DNA from: Saprospiraceae bacterium
Lineage (GTDB): Bacteria; Bacteroidota; Bacteroidia; Chitinophagales; Saprospiraceae
Reading direction: 5' to 3'
Assembly: GCA_013140975.1 (NCBI GenBank)
Contig: JABFRV010000153.1
Location: 169-64,168 of the forward strand
Length of the DNA stretch: 64,000 nt
The notes below the pieces were generated by a model. That model worked only from the letters and a program-made list of their open reading frames with translations. It made no database searches and had not been told where the DNA came from. The translations under genes and the position numbers were made by a program. Below, piece by piece: positions 28,088 through 37,596 of this stretch (positions within the stretch are counted from its first letter, which is position 1; each line of letters begins with the position of its first letter).

Positions 28088-30229
28088 ATGCAAGAATTCC
28101 AACGTCATTTAATTACCGCCGCATTGCCATATGCTAATGGTCCTTTGCATATTGGACATCTTACCGGAGCATATTTACCAGCGGATGTATATGTTCGATT
28201 TCTGAGAATGATGGACAAGGATGTTGTTTTCATCTGTGGATCCGATGAGCATGGTGCAGCGATCACCATGAGAGCAATGAAGGAAAATTTGTCTCCACAA
28301 GAAATTATTGATAAATACCATACACAGTTCAAGGATACCTTTTCAAGAATTGGAATTTCATTTGATCATTACGACAGAACCTCATCAAAACGTCATCACA
28401 ATACTTCACAGGATATTTTCAGGACACTGTACAAAAACGGGAAATTTACTGAGATTGAGAGCAATCAGTATTATGATGAAAAATTTAATCAATTTCTTGC
28501 TGACAGATATATCACCGGTACCTGTCCAAAATGTGGATACGAATCAGCTTATGGTGATCAATGTGAGAAATGTGGCAGTTCTTTAAACCCAACTGATTTA
28601 ATCAATCCGAAATCCGTATTAAGTAATGAGACGCCAATTTTAAAATCTACAAGGCACTGGTATTTTCCTTTAGATCAACATGCGTCCTGGTTGAGTGATT
28701 ATATAGTCAATGGAAAAGTTGATGGAGTTGAGCATCATGACCCCGGACTTTGGAAGAATCATGTTATAGGTCAATGCAAGTCATGGATCGATAATGGATT
28801 ACAGGCTCGCGCTATGACAAGAGATCTTGATTGGGGAGTTGATGTTCCTCAGGAAATTCCCGGAAGCAAGGGAAAAAAACTTTATGTGTGGTTAGATGCG
28901 CCGATTGGATACATTAGTGCTACACAGGAATGGGCTGAAAAAAACGATAAAAACTGGAAAGACTACTGGCAAAGTTCAGATTCCCAATTGATACATTTTA
29001 TTGGAAAAGATAATATTGTTTTTCATTGTGTAATTTTTCCGGCAATTTTGAAAGCACACGGTGATTATATTCTACCACATGTAGTACCTGCGAATCAATT
29101 TATGAATCTTGAAGGAGATAAAATTTCAACTTCGAGAAACTGGGCTGTCTGGGTTCACGAATATCTTGATGAGCTTCCCGGTTATGAAGACGCGCTTCGG
29201 TATTATTTGATAAAGAACATGCCTGAGCAAAAAGACAGCGAATTTACATGGAAAAGTTTTCAGGAAGCGTATAACAATGAACTGGTAAATAACCTTTCTA
29301 ACTTTATCCATCGGGTTCTGGTATTGGTTCATAAATTCTATGATGGCAATGTTCCTAACTTTGATCCGGACGTTCCAATCAACAGTGTTGAAGACTCAGA
29401 CCTTGGTGGATTTCATGATAGCGAATGCATTTATCTGTTTGATCAATTGCATGTCATGTGTGATTCATTGAGAAATTTTGACTTTAGGAATGCGCTTAAA
29501 ATAATCATGGATATTTCTGCATCCGGAAATTTATTATTGCAAAAGAATGAACCCTGGAAGATGATTAAGGAAGATCCTGATGCAGTAGAAGTCGTGATGA
29601 ACCTCAGTCTTCATTATGTAACTGCATTAAGTGTTGCAATTCAACCATTTCTTCCTTTTACTTCAGATAAAATCAGAAAATTATTAAATCTTCCGGTGCT
29701 AAAAGATGGAGCCGAACTCGTGCGTATGTTAGATCAACTGGCAGAGGGAGAATTGTTACTTCAGCCCGGACATAAATTAAGTGAAGCTTCCTATATTTTT
29801 ACAAAAATTGAAGATTCAGTTATTGATAAACAAATACAAAAGTTATCAGGCTCTAAAGTTCAAACTGCTAAAACATCAAATATGAATTATCCGGTCCCCA
29901 AATCTGAAATTAGTTATGATGAATTCATGAAAATGGATATTCGCACTGCGAGGATTCTGCATGCAGAAAGAGTTCCTAAGGCTGATAAATTATTAAAATT
30001 AGAGTTGGATTTAGGATATGAGACACGTACAGTAGTTAGCGGAATAGCTGAACATTATGAACCTGAGAAAATTATTGGACAGGAAGTTTCCTTATTAGCA
30101 AATTTGGCTCCAAGAGTTATTCGTGGCGTTGAATCTAAAGGCATGATCCTTATGGCGGAAGATGAGAATGGTAAGTTATCATTTGTATCTCCTTCAAAAA
30201 ACTGGTCTGTAGGATTTACCATTAAATAA
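28088..30229 (+). CDS. metG: methionine--tRNA ligase
   Basis: HIGH-type PLHIGHL, zinc knuckle CPKCG...CEKCG, KMSKS-equivalent KISTSRN, and a C-terminal Trbp111/EMAP-like tRNA-binding domain (MDIRTARIL...KLLKLELDLG). Confidence 0.95.
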   Translation: MQEFQRHLITAALPYANGPLHIGHLTGAYLPADVYVRFLRMMDKDVVFICGSDEHGAAITMRAMKENLSPQEIIDKYHTQFKDTFSRIGISFDHYDRTSSKRHHNTSQDIFRTLYKNGKFTEIESNQYYDEKFNQFLADRYITGTCPKCGYESAYGDQCEKCGSSLNPTDLINPKSVLSNETPILKSTRHWYFPLDQHASWLSDYIVNGKVDGVEHHDPGLWKNHVIGQCKSWIDNGLQARAMTRDLDWGVDVPQEIPGSKGKKLYVWLDAPIGYISATQEWAEKNDKNWKDYWQSSDSQLIHFIGKDNIVFHCVIFPAILKAHGDYILPHVVPANQFMNLEGDKISTSRNWAVWVHEYLDELPGYEDALRYYLIKNMPEQKDSEFTWKSFQEAYNNELVNNLSNFIHRVLVLVHKFYDGNVPNFDPDVPINSVEDSDLGGFHDSECIYLFDQLHVMCDSLRNFDFRNALKIIMDISASGNLLLQKNEPWKMIKEDPDAVEVVMNLSLHYVTALSVAIQPFLPFTSDKIRKLLNLPVLKDGAELVRMLDQLAEGELLLQPGHKLSEASYIFTKIEDSVIDKQIQKLSGSKVQTAKTSNMNYPVPKSEISYDEFMKMDIRTARILHAERVPKADKLLKLELDLGYETRTVVSGIAEHYEPEKIIGQEVSLLANLAPRVIRGVESKGMILMAEDENGKLSFVSPSKNWSVGFTIK

Positions 30230-30904
30230 TTGAGTTTGCACTTTCCCTGGTATAAGCGTTTTCTTAGTTATTTTAAAGACGTTTCAATAGAGGAGTTAGA
30301 ATCACAATTTAGTGATAAGCTTTTAGTTTCTCTGTGTAATGAAAGATTGAAACTCACCGCAGGAACTGCGATTTATTCAGAAGAAGACAACTATTATAAT
30401 TTTACTGAGGTTTTTAAAAAAATAATGATCAAAGAAAAACAGATCCAGAATGTTCTTGTCTTAGGTCTGGGATTAGGAAGTATCCCACAGATGTTGGAGA
30501 AAAATTTCCAAAGAAACTATTCTTTTGATGCGGTAGAAATAGATCCGGCAATCATACACTTATTCAATAAATATATTAAATCAAGCCTCAATTCAGAAAT
30601 AAATGTATTGCAGCAAGATGCGACCGAATTCATAAGTATCAATGACAAACGTTATGATCTGATTTGTGTTGATCTTTTTATTAACAAAGATATTCCGGAA
30701 CAATTTATTGCAAAAGAATTTTTAGAGAACTTGCATAATTCTTTAGAGAAAGGAGGATTCTTAATTTATAATCGATTGGAACCTGAAAGCGATATTGAAG
30801 CAACTCAGAAAAAGTTTTTTGAATCGAATTTCTCAGAAGTATTTCCGAATCTGAAAATTTATTCGATAGTTAGAAATGAGATGTATGTTTCAATTAAGAA
30901 TTAA
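30230..30904 (+). CDS. spermidine-synthase-like class I SAM-dependent methyltransferase
   Basis: VLVLGLGLGSIP (motif I), VEIDP, and DLICVDLF. TTG start abuts the metG stop, so the start is uncertain. Confidence 0.55.
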   Translation: MSLHFPWYKRFLSYFKDVSIEELESQFSDKLLVSLCNERLKLTAGTAIYSEEDNYYNFTEVFKKIMIKEKQIQNVLVLGLGLGSIPQMLEKNFQRNYSFDAVEIDPAIIHLFNKYIKSSLNSEINVLQQDATEFISINDKRYDLICVDLFINKDIPEQFIAKEFLENLHNSLEKGGFLIYNRLEPESDIEATQKKFFESNFSEVFPNLKIYSIVRNEMYVSIKN

Positions 30905-30993
30905 AAAATAAATTTTATTCGGAGTTGTAAGTTTAGAATCGAATAAATTGGTTAATTATCTGATTTGTCAATTGAATAATTGATAAAATTTTG

Positions 30994-31001
30994 TAAGTTT
31001 G
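30994..31001 (+). promoter_or_regulatory. candidate -7 box (TAAGTTTG)
   Basis: 15 nt upstream of ATG 31017. Confidence 0.45.
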
Positions 31002-31016
31002 CAGTAGTTACGGCGT

Positions 31017-32069
31017 ATGTTTCATTTGATCTTGTGTTTTATTACTTCTTTTATGATCACCTACATTGCAATTCCGTCAATAATAACGATTGCAAAGGTG
31101 AAGAAGTTGGTTGATGAACCTGACGAACGAAGAGCGCATAGCAAATCGATACCCACGCTGGGAGGAATTGCAATTTTTGCGGGGGTTATTTTTAGTATTA
31201 TACTCTGGACACCTTTTGAGGTTTTTGGAAATTTGCAGTATATACTTTGTGCGATCGTAATCCTGTTTTTAATTGGAGCGAAAGACGACATAATTCCATT
31301 GGATCCTTATAAGAAGTTTATGGGACAGATATTTGCTGCTTTTATTCTTGTATTTAAAGCCAATATTAAAATAACCAGCTTCTATGGTATACTTGGAATT
31401 AATGGACTTCCTGACTGGCTTAGTGTCATTGTTTCAATTTTTACAATTCTGGTTATTATTAATTCAATGAATCTTATCGATGGAGTGAACGCATTATGTG
31501 CGAGTGTTGGCTTAATAATCTGTGTCACCTTAGGATTTTGGTTTAAGACAGCAGATCAGATTGTATTTGCAATTATTGCTGCAGCGCTTGTAGGATCGTT
31601 GGTTGCATTTATGAAGTTCAATATTTCTCCTGCAAAGATTTTTATGGGAGATACTGGTTCGATGCTGGTTGGCGTTATTTGCAGTATTCTTGCAATTAGT
31701 TTTATTGAGGCCAATAAGAACGGTGTTAGTGAGGACTTGCAGGTGTCAGCTGCTCCTGCATTAGCAATTGCAGTATTGTTCATCCCATTATTTGACACCT
31801 TGCGGGTGTTCTTTATAAGAGTGATGAAAGGAAGGTCTCCATTTGCAGCAGATAAACAGCATCTTCATCATCTATTGTTAGAATTAAATTTATCACATCT
31901 GCAAGTAACTACAATACTCATTCTTCTGAATACTTTAATAATTGGTGTGGTTTTTAAACTGCAGTTTTTAGGCAACATAACTTTATTGTGGTTAATTATG
32001 ATTACCGGAATCGGATTTACAGTCGTATTAAACACTTTAAGAAGCAGAAGAAACTTAAATAAGGCATGA
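31017..32069 (+). CDS. undecaprenyl-phosphate sugar-1-phosphate transferase (GT4 MraY/WecA family)
   Basis: 350 aa polytopic protein with GAKDD, NLIDGVN, MGDTGS and HLHH motifs. Confidence 0.85.
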   Translation: MFHLILCFITSFMITYIAIPSIITIAKVKKLVDEPDERRAHSKSIPTLGGIAIFAGVIFSIILWTPFEVFGNLQYILCAIVILFLIGAKDDIIPLDPYKKFMGQIFAAFILVFKANIKITSFYGILGINGLPDWLSVIVSIFTILVIINSMNLIDGVNALCASVGLIICVTLGFWFKTADQIVFAIIAAALVGSLVAFMKFNISPAKIFMGDTGSMLVGVICSILAISFIEANKNGVSEDLQVSAAPALAIAVLFIPLFDTLRVFFIRVMKGRSPFAADKQHLHHLLLELNLSHLQVTTILILLNTLIIGVVFKLQFLGNITLLWLIMITGIGFTVVLNTLRSRRNLNKA

Positions 32070-32437
32070 GTTTTCAATCGTTAATATTAGTTTTTATTGG
32101 CGGAGGAATCGGAAGTGTGTTGAGATACATGATGAGCCAATGGATTAATTCAAATCGATTCATTTATGTTAGCACCTTGGTTGTAAATATTTTGGCTTCT
32201 TTTTTATTAGGAATCTTCTTACAGAAACTGAATCAGATGAATGACCAGGAATGGATCAGATTTTTATTGATTGTTGGTTTTTGTGGAGGCTTGAGTACGT
32301 TTTCAACTTTTTCAAGTGAGAATTTGATAATGATTCAACAGGGAAGAATTGTTGAAGCAATTTCTTATAGTTTGATGAGTATTTTGATTTGTGTAATTTC
32401 CGTTTGGCTAGGATTTAAAATTCTGAAGTTCACCTAG
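32066..32437 (+). CDS. crcB: fluoride ion channel CrcB/FluC
   Basis: 123 aa, 4 TM helices, GGGIGSVLRY and FCGGLSTFSTF motifs. ATGA overlap with the upstream gene. Confidence 0.9.
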   Translation: MSFQSLILVFIGGGIGSVLRYMMSQWINSNRFIYVSTLVVNILASFLLGIFLQKLNQMNDQEWIRFLLIVGFCGGLSTFSTFSSENLIMIQQGRIVEAISYSLMSILICVISVWLGFKILKFT

Positions 32438-32612
32438 TATTATTTTAAACAAGAGTAATTAGAAGTTTAATACATGTAAAGAGTATTATCGTTTTCGTGA
32501 TATAAACTTCCTTTAGAGTAATTTAATGTGATTTATCCATCGTGAATAATAAACACATAAATAATTGAATATGCCTAATGGAATTTTGTGCACTAAAACC
32601 ATAAATCTTTTT

Positions 32613-32620
32613 TATGTTTG
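32613..32620 (+). promoter_or_regulatory. candidate -7 box (TATGTTTG) inside the track-extended N-terminus of the regulator gene
   Basis: 7 nt upstream of ATG 32628 (MIKTARIFLFILCACILAHSQ). This would imply a very short or absent leader. Confidence 0.3.
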
Positions 32621-32627
32621 TACTTTA

Positions 32628-35600
32628 ATGATTAAAACGGCAAGAATCTTTTTATTTATTTTATGTGCTTGCATTTTAGCGCATTCTCAGGACAATCTAG
32701 TCTCCTATAACCATATTTCTACTCCGCAAGGCTTAGCCCACAAAAGAGTTTATTGTGGTGCCCAGGATAATAATGGATTTATTTGGTTTGGAACTGAACG
32801 TGGCTTGCAACGATATGATGGAAAGAATTTTCGACTATTTAATAAGCATAATAATGGCTTATTGGATGATGTAGTTACCAGAACGGTTATAGACAATCAT
32901 CAACATTTGTGGCTTATGTATAAAACTTCCGCTGGTTATTCGTTACCACAAGAAGGGTTCATTCAGATTCTTGATTTGAAGGATTATAAGCTTAAAAGTC
33001 CAAATGAAATTGGCCTTAATTTTCCATTTGATTATAAAAAAATATTTGAGATTGCAACGAATGAAAAAAAAGAAATTCTCTTTATTGTTAGGAGCAATGA
33101 GGATAATAGATCCAATTATGTATATCTTTTGAAGTTGGATCAAACATTTCAAAAAATTGATATAAAACTTCAAATTGATTGGCTCGATTCCGAATCAATT
33201 TTATTCAAGGATAATATTATTATATATCCTTACGATAGTTGGGGTTACAGTTACAACTTAACAACAAACAAAATAGAAAAATTATCAATTGTAAGCTCCC
33301 AAAACAAACCGGCTTGTATAGAGCAAAATGGAAAAGTTAATTTCATGACCGGCGTTTTTCAATTTGATCCTATAACAGGGACATCGGCTGCCTATGTAGC
33401 AAATGGTAACTTGCAATTATATCAAAATAATGACTTCATTGATGTTGTTGATAAATTACAATGGAAGGGTGAAACTAAATTTGAGTTAAATAATTATTTT
33501 ACAACAAGTAATGGAGATAAATGGATTTGTACAAACAATGGAGTGTATCAGATATTATTGAAGTCCAATCGATTTAAGTCCATATTGAGTTCATATGACC
33601 TAATGATGGAAGGCAATGCAGATTATCAATGTCGCAATATCTTCACTGATGAAAATGAAAATCTTTACATCAATAGTTGGGGTGGAATATATAAACTTAG
33701 ACCTGATAACAACGGAAAGAATAGTAAACCCTTATTCAAAATTACATCCTGGTATTATACAGATGGTATGTATTTTGATAATCAAAATATTTGGATTGGT
33801 TACGATGGCTTTAATCTCGCAAAGTTTAGTAAAAGTGGCAAACTAGAGAAAACCTATATACTGGAAAAAACAAACAATAAGGATAAAAATTTTTGGACAG
33901 CTATCAAAACTCAAAACGGGGCACTTATCATTGCAACTTATGAAGAAATAATCCTCGAAAAAAACGACCAATTTGTGCCACTCAAATATGCCAATGGAGA
34001 AGCCTTACCAAAATGTGCCGTCCAACAATTTTACTATACAAAAGATGGAACACTATGGGCAGTTAGCAATCAAGGCTTATTTGCAATAAATGCCAATAAT
34101 GTTCCCATTGCACATTATCACGAAGGCCAAAAGAACAATAATCTTTATATACCAGCCACAGATATAAGGGCAATAGTAGAAGATAGCCAAGGTATAATTT
34201 GGCTTTGTGCTTATGGCATAGGATTGATAAAATGGGATAGAATCAAACAAACTTTTAATACATTTAGTACAAAAGAAGGACTTTCAAATAATTATGTTAG
34301 CAGCATTTTAGAAGATGATTTAGGCTATCTCTGGATAGGAAGTGATAATGGACTCATTAGGTTCAATAAACAAACCACAAAGTCGCATACATATACGATA
34401 GATGATGGCCTTACACACAATGAGTTCAATCGATGTGCATTTCATAAAGACAGAGACGGTACTTTGTATTTTGGAGGACTCAATGGAGTGAATGCATTTA
34501 ATCCGCATGATTTTGTTGCGGATACTTTAGTTTATCAAGCTCCATTGTACATCACCAACTATACCAAACACAATGGTGAAACAAAAAAAATCGAAGACCT
34601 GACGGATAATTTTAACATCGACCCTAAAATAGAATTAGGACCGGACGACAAATTTTTTAGTATTGATTTTAGGTTGTTGGATTTTACAAAAAAAAATCAT
34701 GCCTATGCCTACCAAATTGAAGATTTCAGCGACGATTGGGTAAATACAAATGAATCAACCCTGCGATTAAGTGGAATGCCTTATGGAAAATACAGATTGA
34801 ATTTAAAAAGTTTGGATGTAAGCTATAACGCATCATCAGATTATATTTCTGTACCACTCATTGTCCATGCTCCATTTTATGCAACATGGTGGTTTAAGTT
34901 ACTGGCATTTTTGGCTATAATTGGATTGGCTTATTATATCATAAAAGATTATTTGCATCGCCAAAAGATTTTGGCAGAAGGCAATCGACTGAAAGAATTG
35001 GATACTTTCAAGACAAGGTTTTTTACGAATATCAGTCATGAATTCAGAACACCGCTTACAGTCATTTTAGGCTCGAGTGATCTTTTATTAGAGCAAAAAA
35101 ATAAAATCTCAGAAGAAGACCACGACCGCAAAGTAAATTTGATCAAACGCAACGGCAACAATCTTTTGAGGTTGATAAATCAAATATTGGATTTGGCAAA
35201 GCTCGAAAGTAAAACACTCAAGCTTAATTATATTCTGGGTGATGCAGTGGCATACATTAAATACCTAAGTGAGAGTTTCCTTTCCTTAGCAGAAGTAAAT
35301 GACATAAAGATAATTGTCGATAGCGAAGTCGATAGTGTCATCATGGATTATGATCCTGATCGCTTGATGCAGATTGTACACAATTTAATGTCCAATGCCA
35401 TAAAATTTTCACCCAATGGCAGTCAAATCACTGTCCATATTAGTCAGGAAAATGGTGAACTAATATTTGCATTATCCGATCAGGGAATTGGTATTCCTGC
35501 ATCTGAAATTGACTATGTTTTTGAACGTTTTTTTCAAGCCAAAAATCAAACATATGCCCGATCAGGTGGTTCAGGTATCGGTTTAGCATTTACCAAAGAG

Positions 35601-36584
35601 TTGGTTCAAATGATGGGCGGGACCATTAAAGTAGAAAGTCCAATCAATGGGCAAAATGGTACAAGATTTACATTTCTATTGCCTATAAAACAAGATGCAG
35701 AGATCAAAGCCGACGAAGCTCGTAATCTTTTTGAAATGCCTAGTATTGATAGACAAATCGATTACCAACCATCAGACGAAATCAAAGAGACTCATATATT
35801 ACTGATAGAAGATAATGCAGATGTATTGGAATATTTGATTGCTTGTTTCAAAGATGAATACAATATCAGTTTTGCATTGAATGGTCAATTGGGCATTGAA
35901 AAAGCAATTGAGACCATACCTGATTTGATCATCAGTGACATTATGATGCCTGTAAAAGATGGTTATGATGTGTTGGATGAACTCAAAAACGACGAACGCA
36001 CGAGTCATATCCCAATTATTATATTATCTGCTAAAGCAGGTACTGAAAGTCGCATCAAAGGTATTCGAAGTGGTGCCGATGCATATTTATCCAAACCATT
36101 TCATAAAGATGAATTGATGACTTGGGTTCAGGCATTAATCTCAAGAAAAGAAAAATGGCAAGCCCGATATGGCAGTCAGGCCGTTTTAGCAGAAATTTTA
36201 CCTGATAATAAAAAGTCACCAACAGAAAGCAAAAGCAAAACCCCAAAAGAAAAAAACCAGTTTGACTTTGAACTAGAAGATGCTTTCATTCAAAAAGTCA
36301 ATACCTATTTAGAAAAAAATTACAGAGAAAGTGAATACACTGTCGACCAACTTTGCCAAAATATGAATCTCAGCAGATCACAACTCTACCGCAAACTCAA
36401 AACACTCACTGACTTACCAATCATAGAATACATCAATCTATTCCGCTTGAAAAAAGCCTATGTTATGTTGCAACATAAGACCATGAATGTATCAGAAGTC
36501 GCATACGCATGTGGTTACAACGATCCTAAATATTTCAGCAGATTATTTTCTGCACAATTCGGAATTAGCCCAAGCGAACTTTAG
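32628..36584 (+). CDS. hybrid two-component system: periplasmic propeller/Y_Y_Y sensor + histidine kinase + receiver + AraC HTH
   Basis: Propeller repeats (GFIWFGTERGLQRYDG, YLWIGSDNGLIRF); TM helix; H-box ISHEFRTPLT; N/G boxes (MSNAIKF, DQGIGIP, GSGIGL); receiver LLIEDN...ISDIMMP...SAK; AraC HTH ..GYNDPKYFSRLFSAQFGISPSE. The track ORF starts at 32565 (TTG). Confidence 0.9.
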   Translation: MIKTARIFLFILCACILAHSQDNLVSYNHISTPQGLAHKRVYCGAQDNNGFIWFGTERGLQRYDGKNFRLFNKHNNGLLDDVVTRTVIDNHQHLWLMYKTSAGYSLPQEGFIQILDLKDYKLKSPNEIGLNFPFDYKKIFEIATNEKKEILFIVRSNEDNRSNYVYLLKLDQTFQKIDIKLQIDWLDSESILFKDNIIIYPYDSWGYSYNLTTNKIEKLSIVSSQNKPACIEQNGKVNFMTGVFQFDPITGTSAAYVANGNLQLYQNNDFIDVVDKLQWKGETKFELNNYFTTSNGDKWICTNNGVYQILLKSNRFKSILSSYDLMMEGNADYQCRNIFTDENENLYINSWGGIYKLRPDNNGKNSKPLFKITSWYYTDGMYFDNQNIWIGYDGFNLAKFSKSGKLEKTYILEKTNNKDKNFWTAIKTQNGALIIATYEEIILEKNDQFVPLKYANGEALPKCAVQQFYYTKDGTLWAVSNQGLFAINANNVPIAHYHEGQKNNNLYIPATDIRAIVEDSQGIIWLCAYGIGLIKWDRIKQTFNTFSTKEGLSNNYVSSILEDDLGYLWIGSDNGLIRFNKQTTKSHTYTIDDGLTHNEFNRCAFHKDRDGTLYFGGLNGVNAFNPHDFVADTLVYQAPLYITNYTKHNGETKKIEDLTDNFNIDPKIELGPDDKFFSIDFRLLDFTKKNHAYAYQIEDFSDDWVNTNESTLRLSGMPYGKYRLNLKSLDVSYNASSDYISVPLIVHAPFYATWWFKLLAFLAIIGLAYYIIKDYLHRQKILAEGNRLKELDTFKTRFFTNISHEFRTPLTVILGSSDLLLEQKNKISEEDHDRKVNLIKRNGNNLLRLINQILDLAKLESKTLKLNYILGDAVAYIKYLSESFLSLAEVNDIKIIVDSEVDSVIMDYDPDRLMQIVHNLMSNAIKFSPNGSQITVHISQENGELIFALSDQGIGIPASEIDYVFERFFQAKNQTYARSGGSGIGLAFTKELVQMMGGTIKVESPINGQNGTRFTFLLPIKQDAEIKADEARNLFEMPSIDRQIDYQPSDEIKETHILLIEDNADVLEYLIACFKDEYNISFALNGQLGIEKAIETIPDLIISDIMMPVKDGYDVLDELKNDERTSHIPIIILSAKAGTESRIKGIRSGADAYLSKPFHKDELMTWVQALISRKEKWQARYGSQAVLAEILPDNKKSPTESKSKTPKEKNQFDFELEDAFIQKVNTYLEKNYRESEYTVDQLCQNMNLSRSQLYRKLKTLTDLPIIEYINLFRLKKAYVMLQHKTMNVSEVAYACGYNDPKYFSRLFSAQFGISPSEL

Positions 36585-36666
36585 CCACCAAATCCAATTG
36601 CCAACTATTCAATAGTCATTAGTCAAATGCAAACTGGCTACTGCTTATTGTCAACTTCATTCCTCA

Positions 36667-36903
36667 TTGACATTTGCCAAATTGCCGCGAAGCGAATTGC
36701 AAAATTGCCAAATTGCCCCGCAGGGAATCGCCCATTGCCCATTGCAAAATTGCCAAATTGCCCCGCAGGGAATCGCCAAATTGCCGCGAAGCGAATTGCC
36801 AAATTGCGGCGTAGCTAATTGCTCTCGTTGCCAGACGAGAATTGCGTCCGCAGGACAATTGCCCATTGCCCATTGCCCATTGCCAAATTGCCAAATTGCC
36901 CAA
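36667..36903. repeat. tandem word repeat (A/C)ATTGCC interspersed with short GC hairpins
   Basis: aaattgcc and cattgcc units are interrupted by gcGAAgc, cccGCAggg, ctcgtTGCCAGacgag and gtccGCAggac. Open in several frames on both strands, which produces the overlapping track ORFs. Confidence 0.85.
36784..36861. repeat. left copy of the 78-bp direct repeat bracketing the four-helix-bundle gene
   Basis: Aligns by eye with 37343-37420 at a constant offset of 559 bp with 4 mismatches in 78. Confidence 0.85.
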
Positions 36904-37269
36904 TCAATACATCCCAGGATTCATCAAAGCATGCCCAAGCAATTTTCCAATGTCTTTATTTTGACTTTCCAATTCTTTAAACATATCATCCTTAATATAA
37001 TTGCACTTCAATGCAAAATCCAACCATACCAATGTCTCAGAATTTTCTGCATCACAATCCGTCAGCTTCAAAATAAAATTAGCTGGATACCTTTTCTTCC
37101 TTTGAGCCTCTGCATAGTTTGCACACACACTTCTCGAACTCCTTCTAATTTGATCAGTTAAAGAGTAAGTCTCTTCTTTAGGAAATGACTTAGTCATCTC
37201 AAAAACATCCTTAGCTTGCTTAAAAGCTTTTTTATACAATGTAGTTTCCTGAAAAGTATATTCTGCCAT
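36904..37269 (-). CDS. four-helix-bundle protein (23S rRNA intervening-sequence protein family)
   Basis: YKKAFKQAKDVFEMTKSFPKEETYSLTDQIRRSSRSVCANYAEA..R....F..KL..C..E..ET..WL is the classic signature of this family. Start at MAEY (37269) fits the -7 box better than 37278. Confidence 0.85.
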   Translation of the reverse strand: MAEYTFQETTLYKKAFKQAKDVFEMTKSFPKEETYSLTDQIRRSSRSVCANYAEAQRKKRYPANFILKLTDCDAENSETLVWLDFALKCNYIKDDMFKELESQNKDIGKLLGHALMNPGMY

Positions 37270-37285
37270 AAATTTCAATTTTCAA

Positions 37286-37293
37286 CAAACCTA
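37286..37293 (-). promoter_or_regulatory. candidate -7 box (TAGGTTTG on minus strand) for the four-helix-bundle gene
   Basis: Plus strand reads caaaccta, 16 nt upstream of ATG 37269. Confidence 0.4.
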
Positions 37294-37342
37294 ATAAGTT
37301 TTACAAAACCACCAAATAGCCCATCACAAAATTACCAAATAG

Positions 37343-37420
37343 CCCCGAAGCGAATTGCCAAATTGCGGCGAAGCCAATTGCTCTCGTCGCCAGACGAGAA
37401 TTGCGTCCGCAGGACAATTG
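37343..37420. repeat. right copy of the 78-bp direct repeat
   Basis: See 36784-36861. Preceded by degenerate words (aaaattaccaaatagcc). Confidence 0.85.
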
Positions 37421-37596
37421 TCCAAAAAATCCACCTTTTTGCACGATTTGTCCACCTCCTCACCGCCCCCATGCCCGCATCTTTGCTATCGAAATTCAAC
37501 CTAAGAATTTAGAGGTAGGCGAGCTTATGCTTAAGACACCAATACGACTTATGGTTTGAAGAAAACAAATTTTATAATTTTTAAAATAAACGAATT

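Noticed and set aside
31900-32066. Fluoride riboswitch upstream of crcB.
   Set aside because: The region is coding sequence of the WecA-family gene, and the two ORFs overlap.
36627-37161. Track ORFs 36627-36818(+), 36657-36866(-), 36664-36903(-), 36667-37161(+) and 37216-37512(+).
   Set aside because: They are translations of the ATTGCC word repeats (low-complexity IAKLPNCP / GNLAIWQ strings). They are mutually overlapping on both strands, and one runs antisense through the well-supported four-helix-bundle gene.
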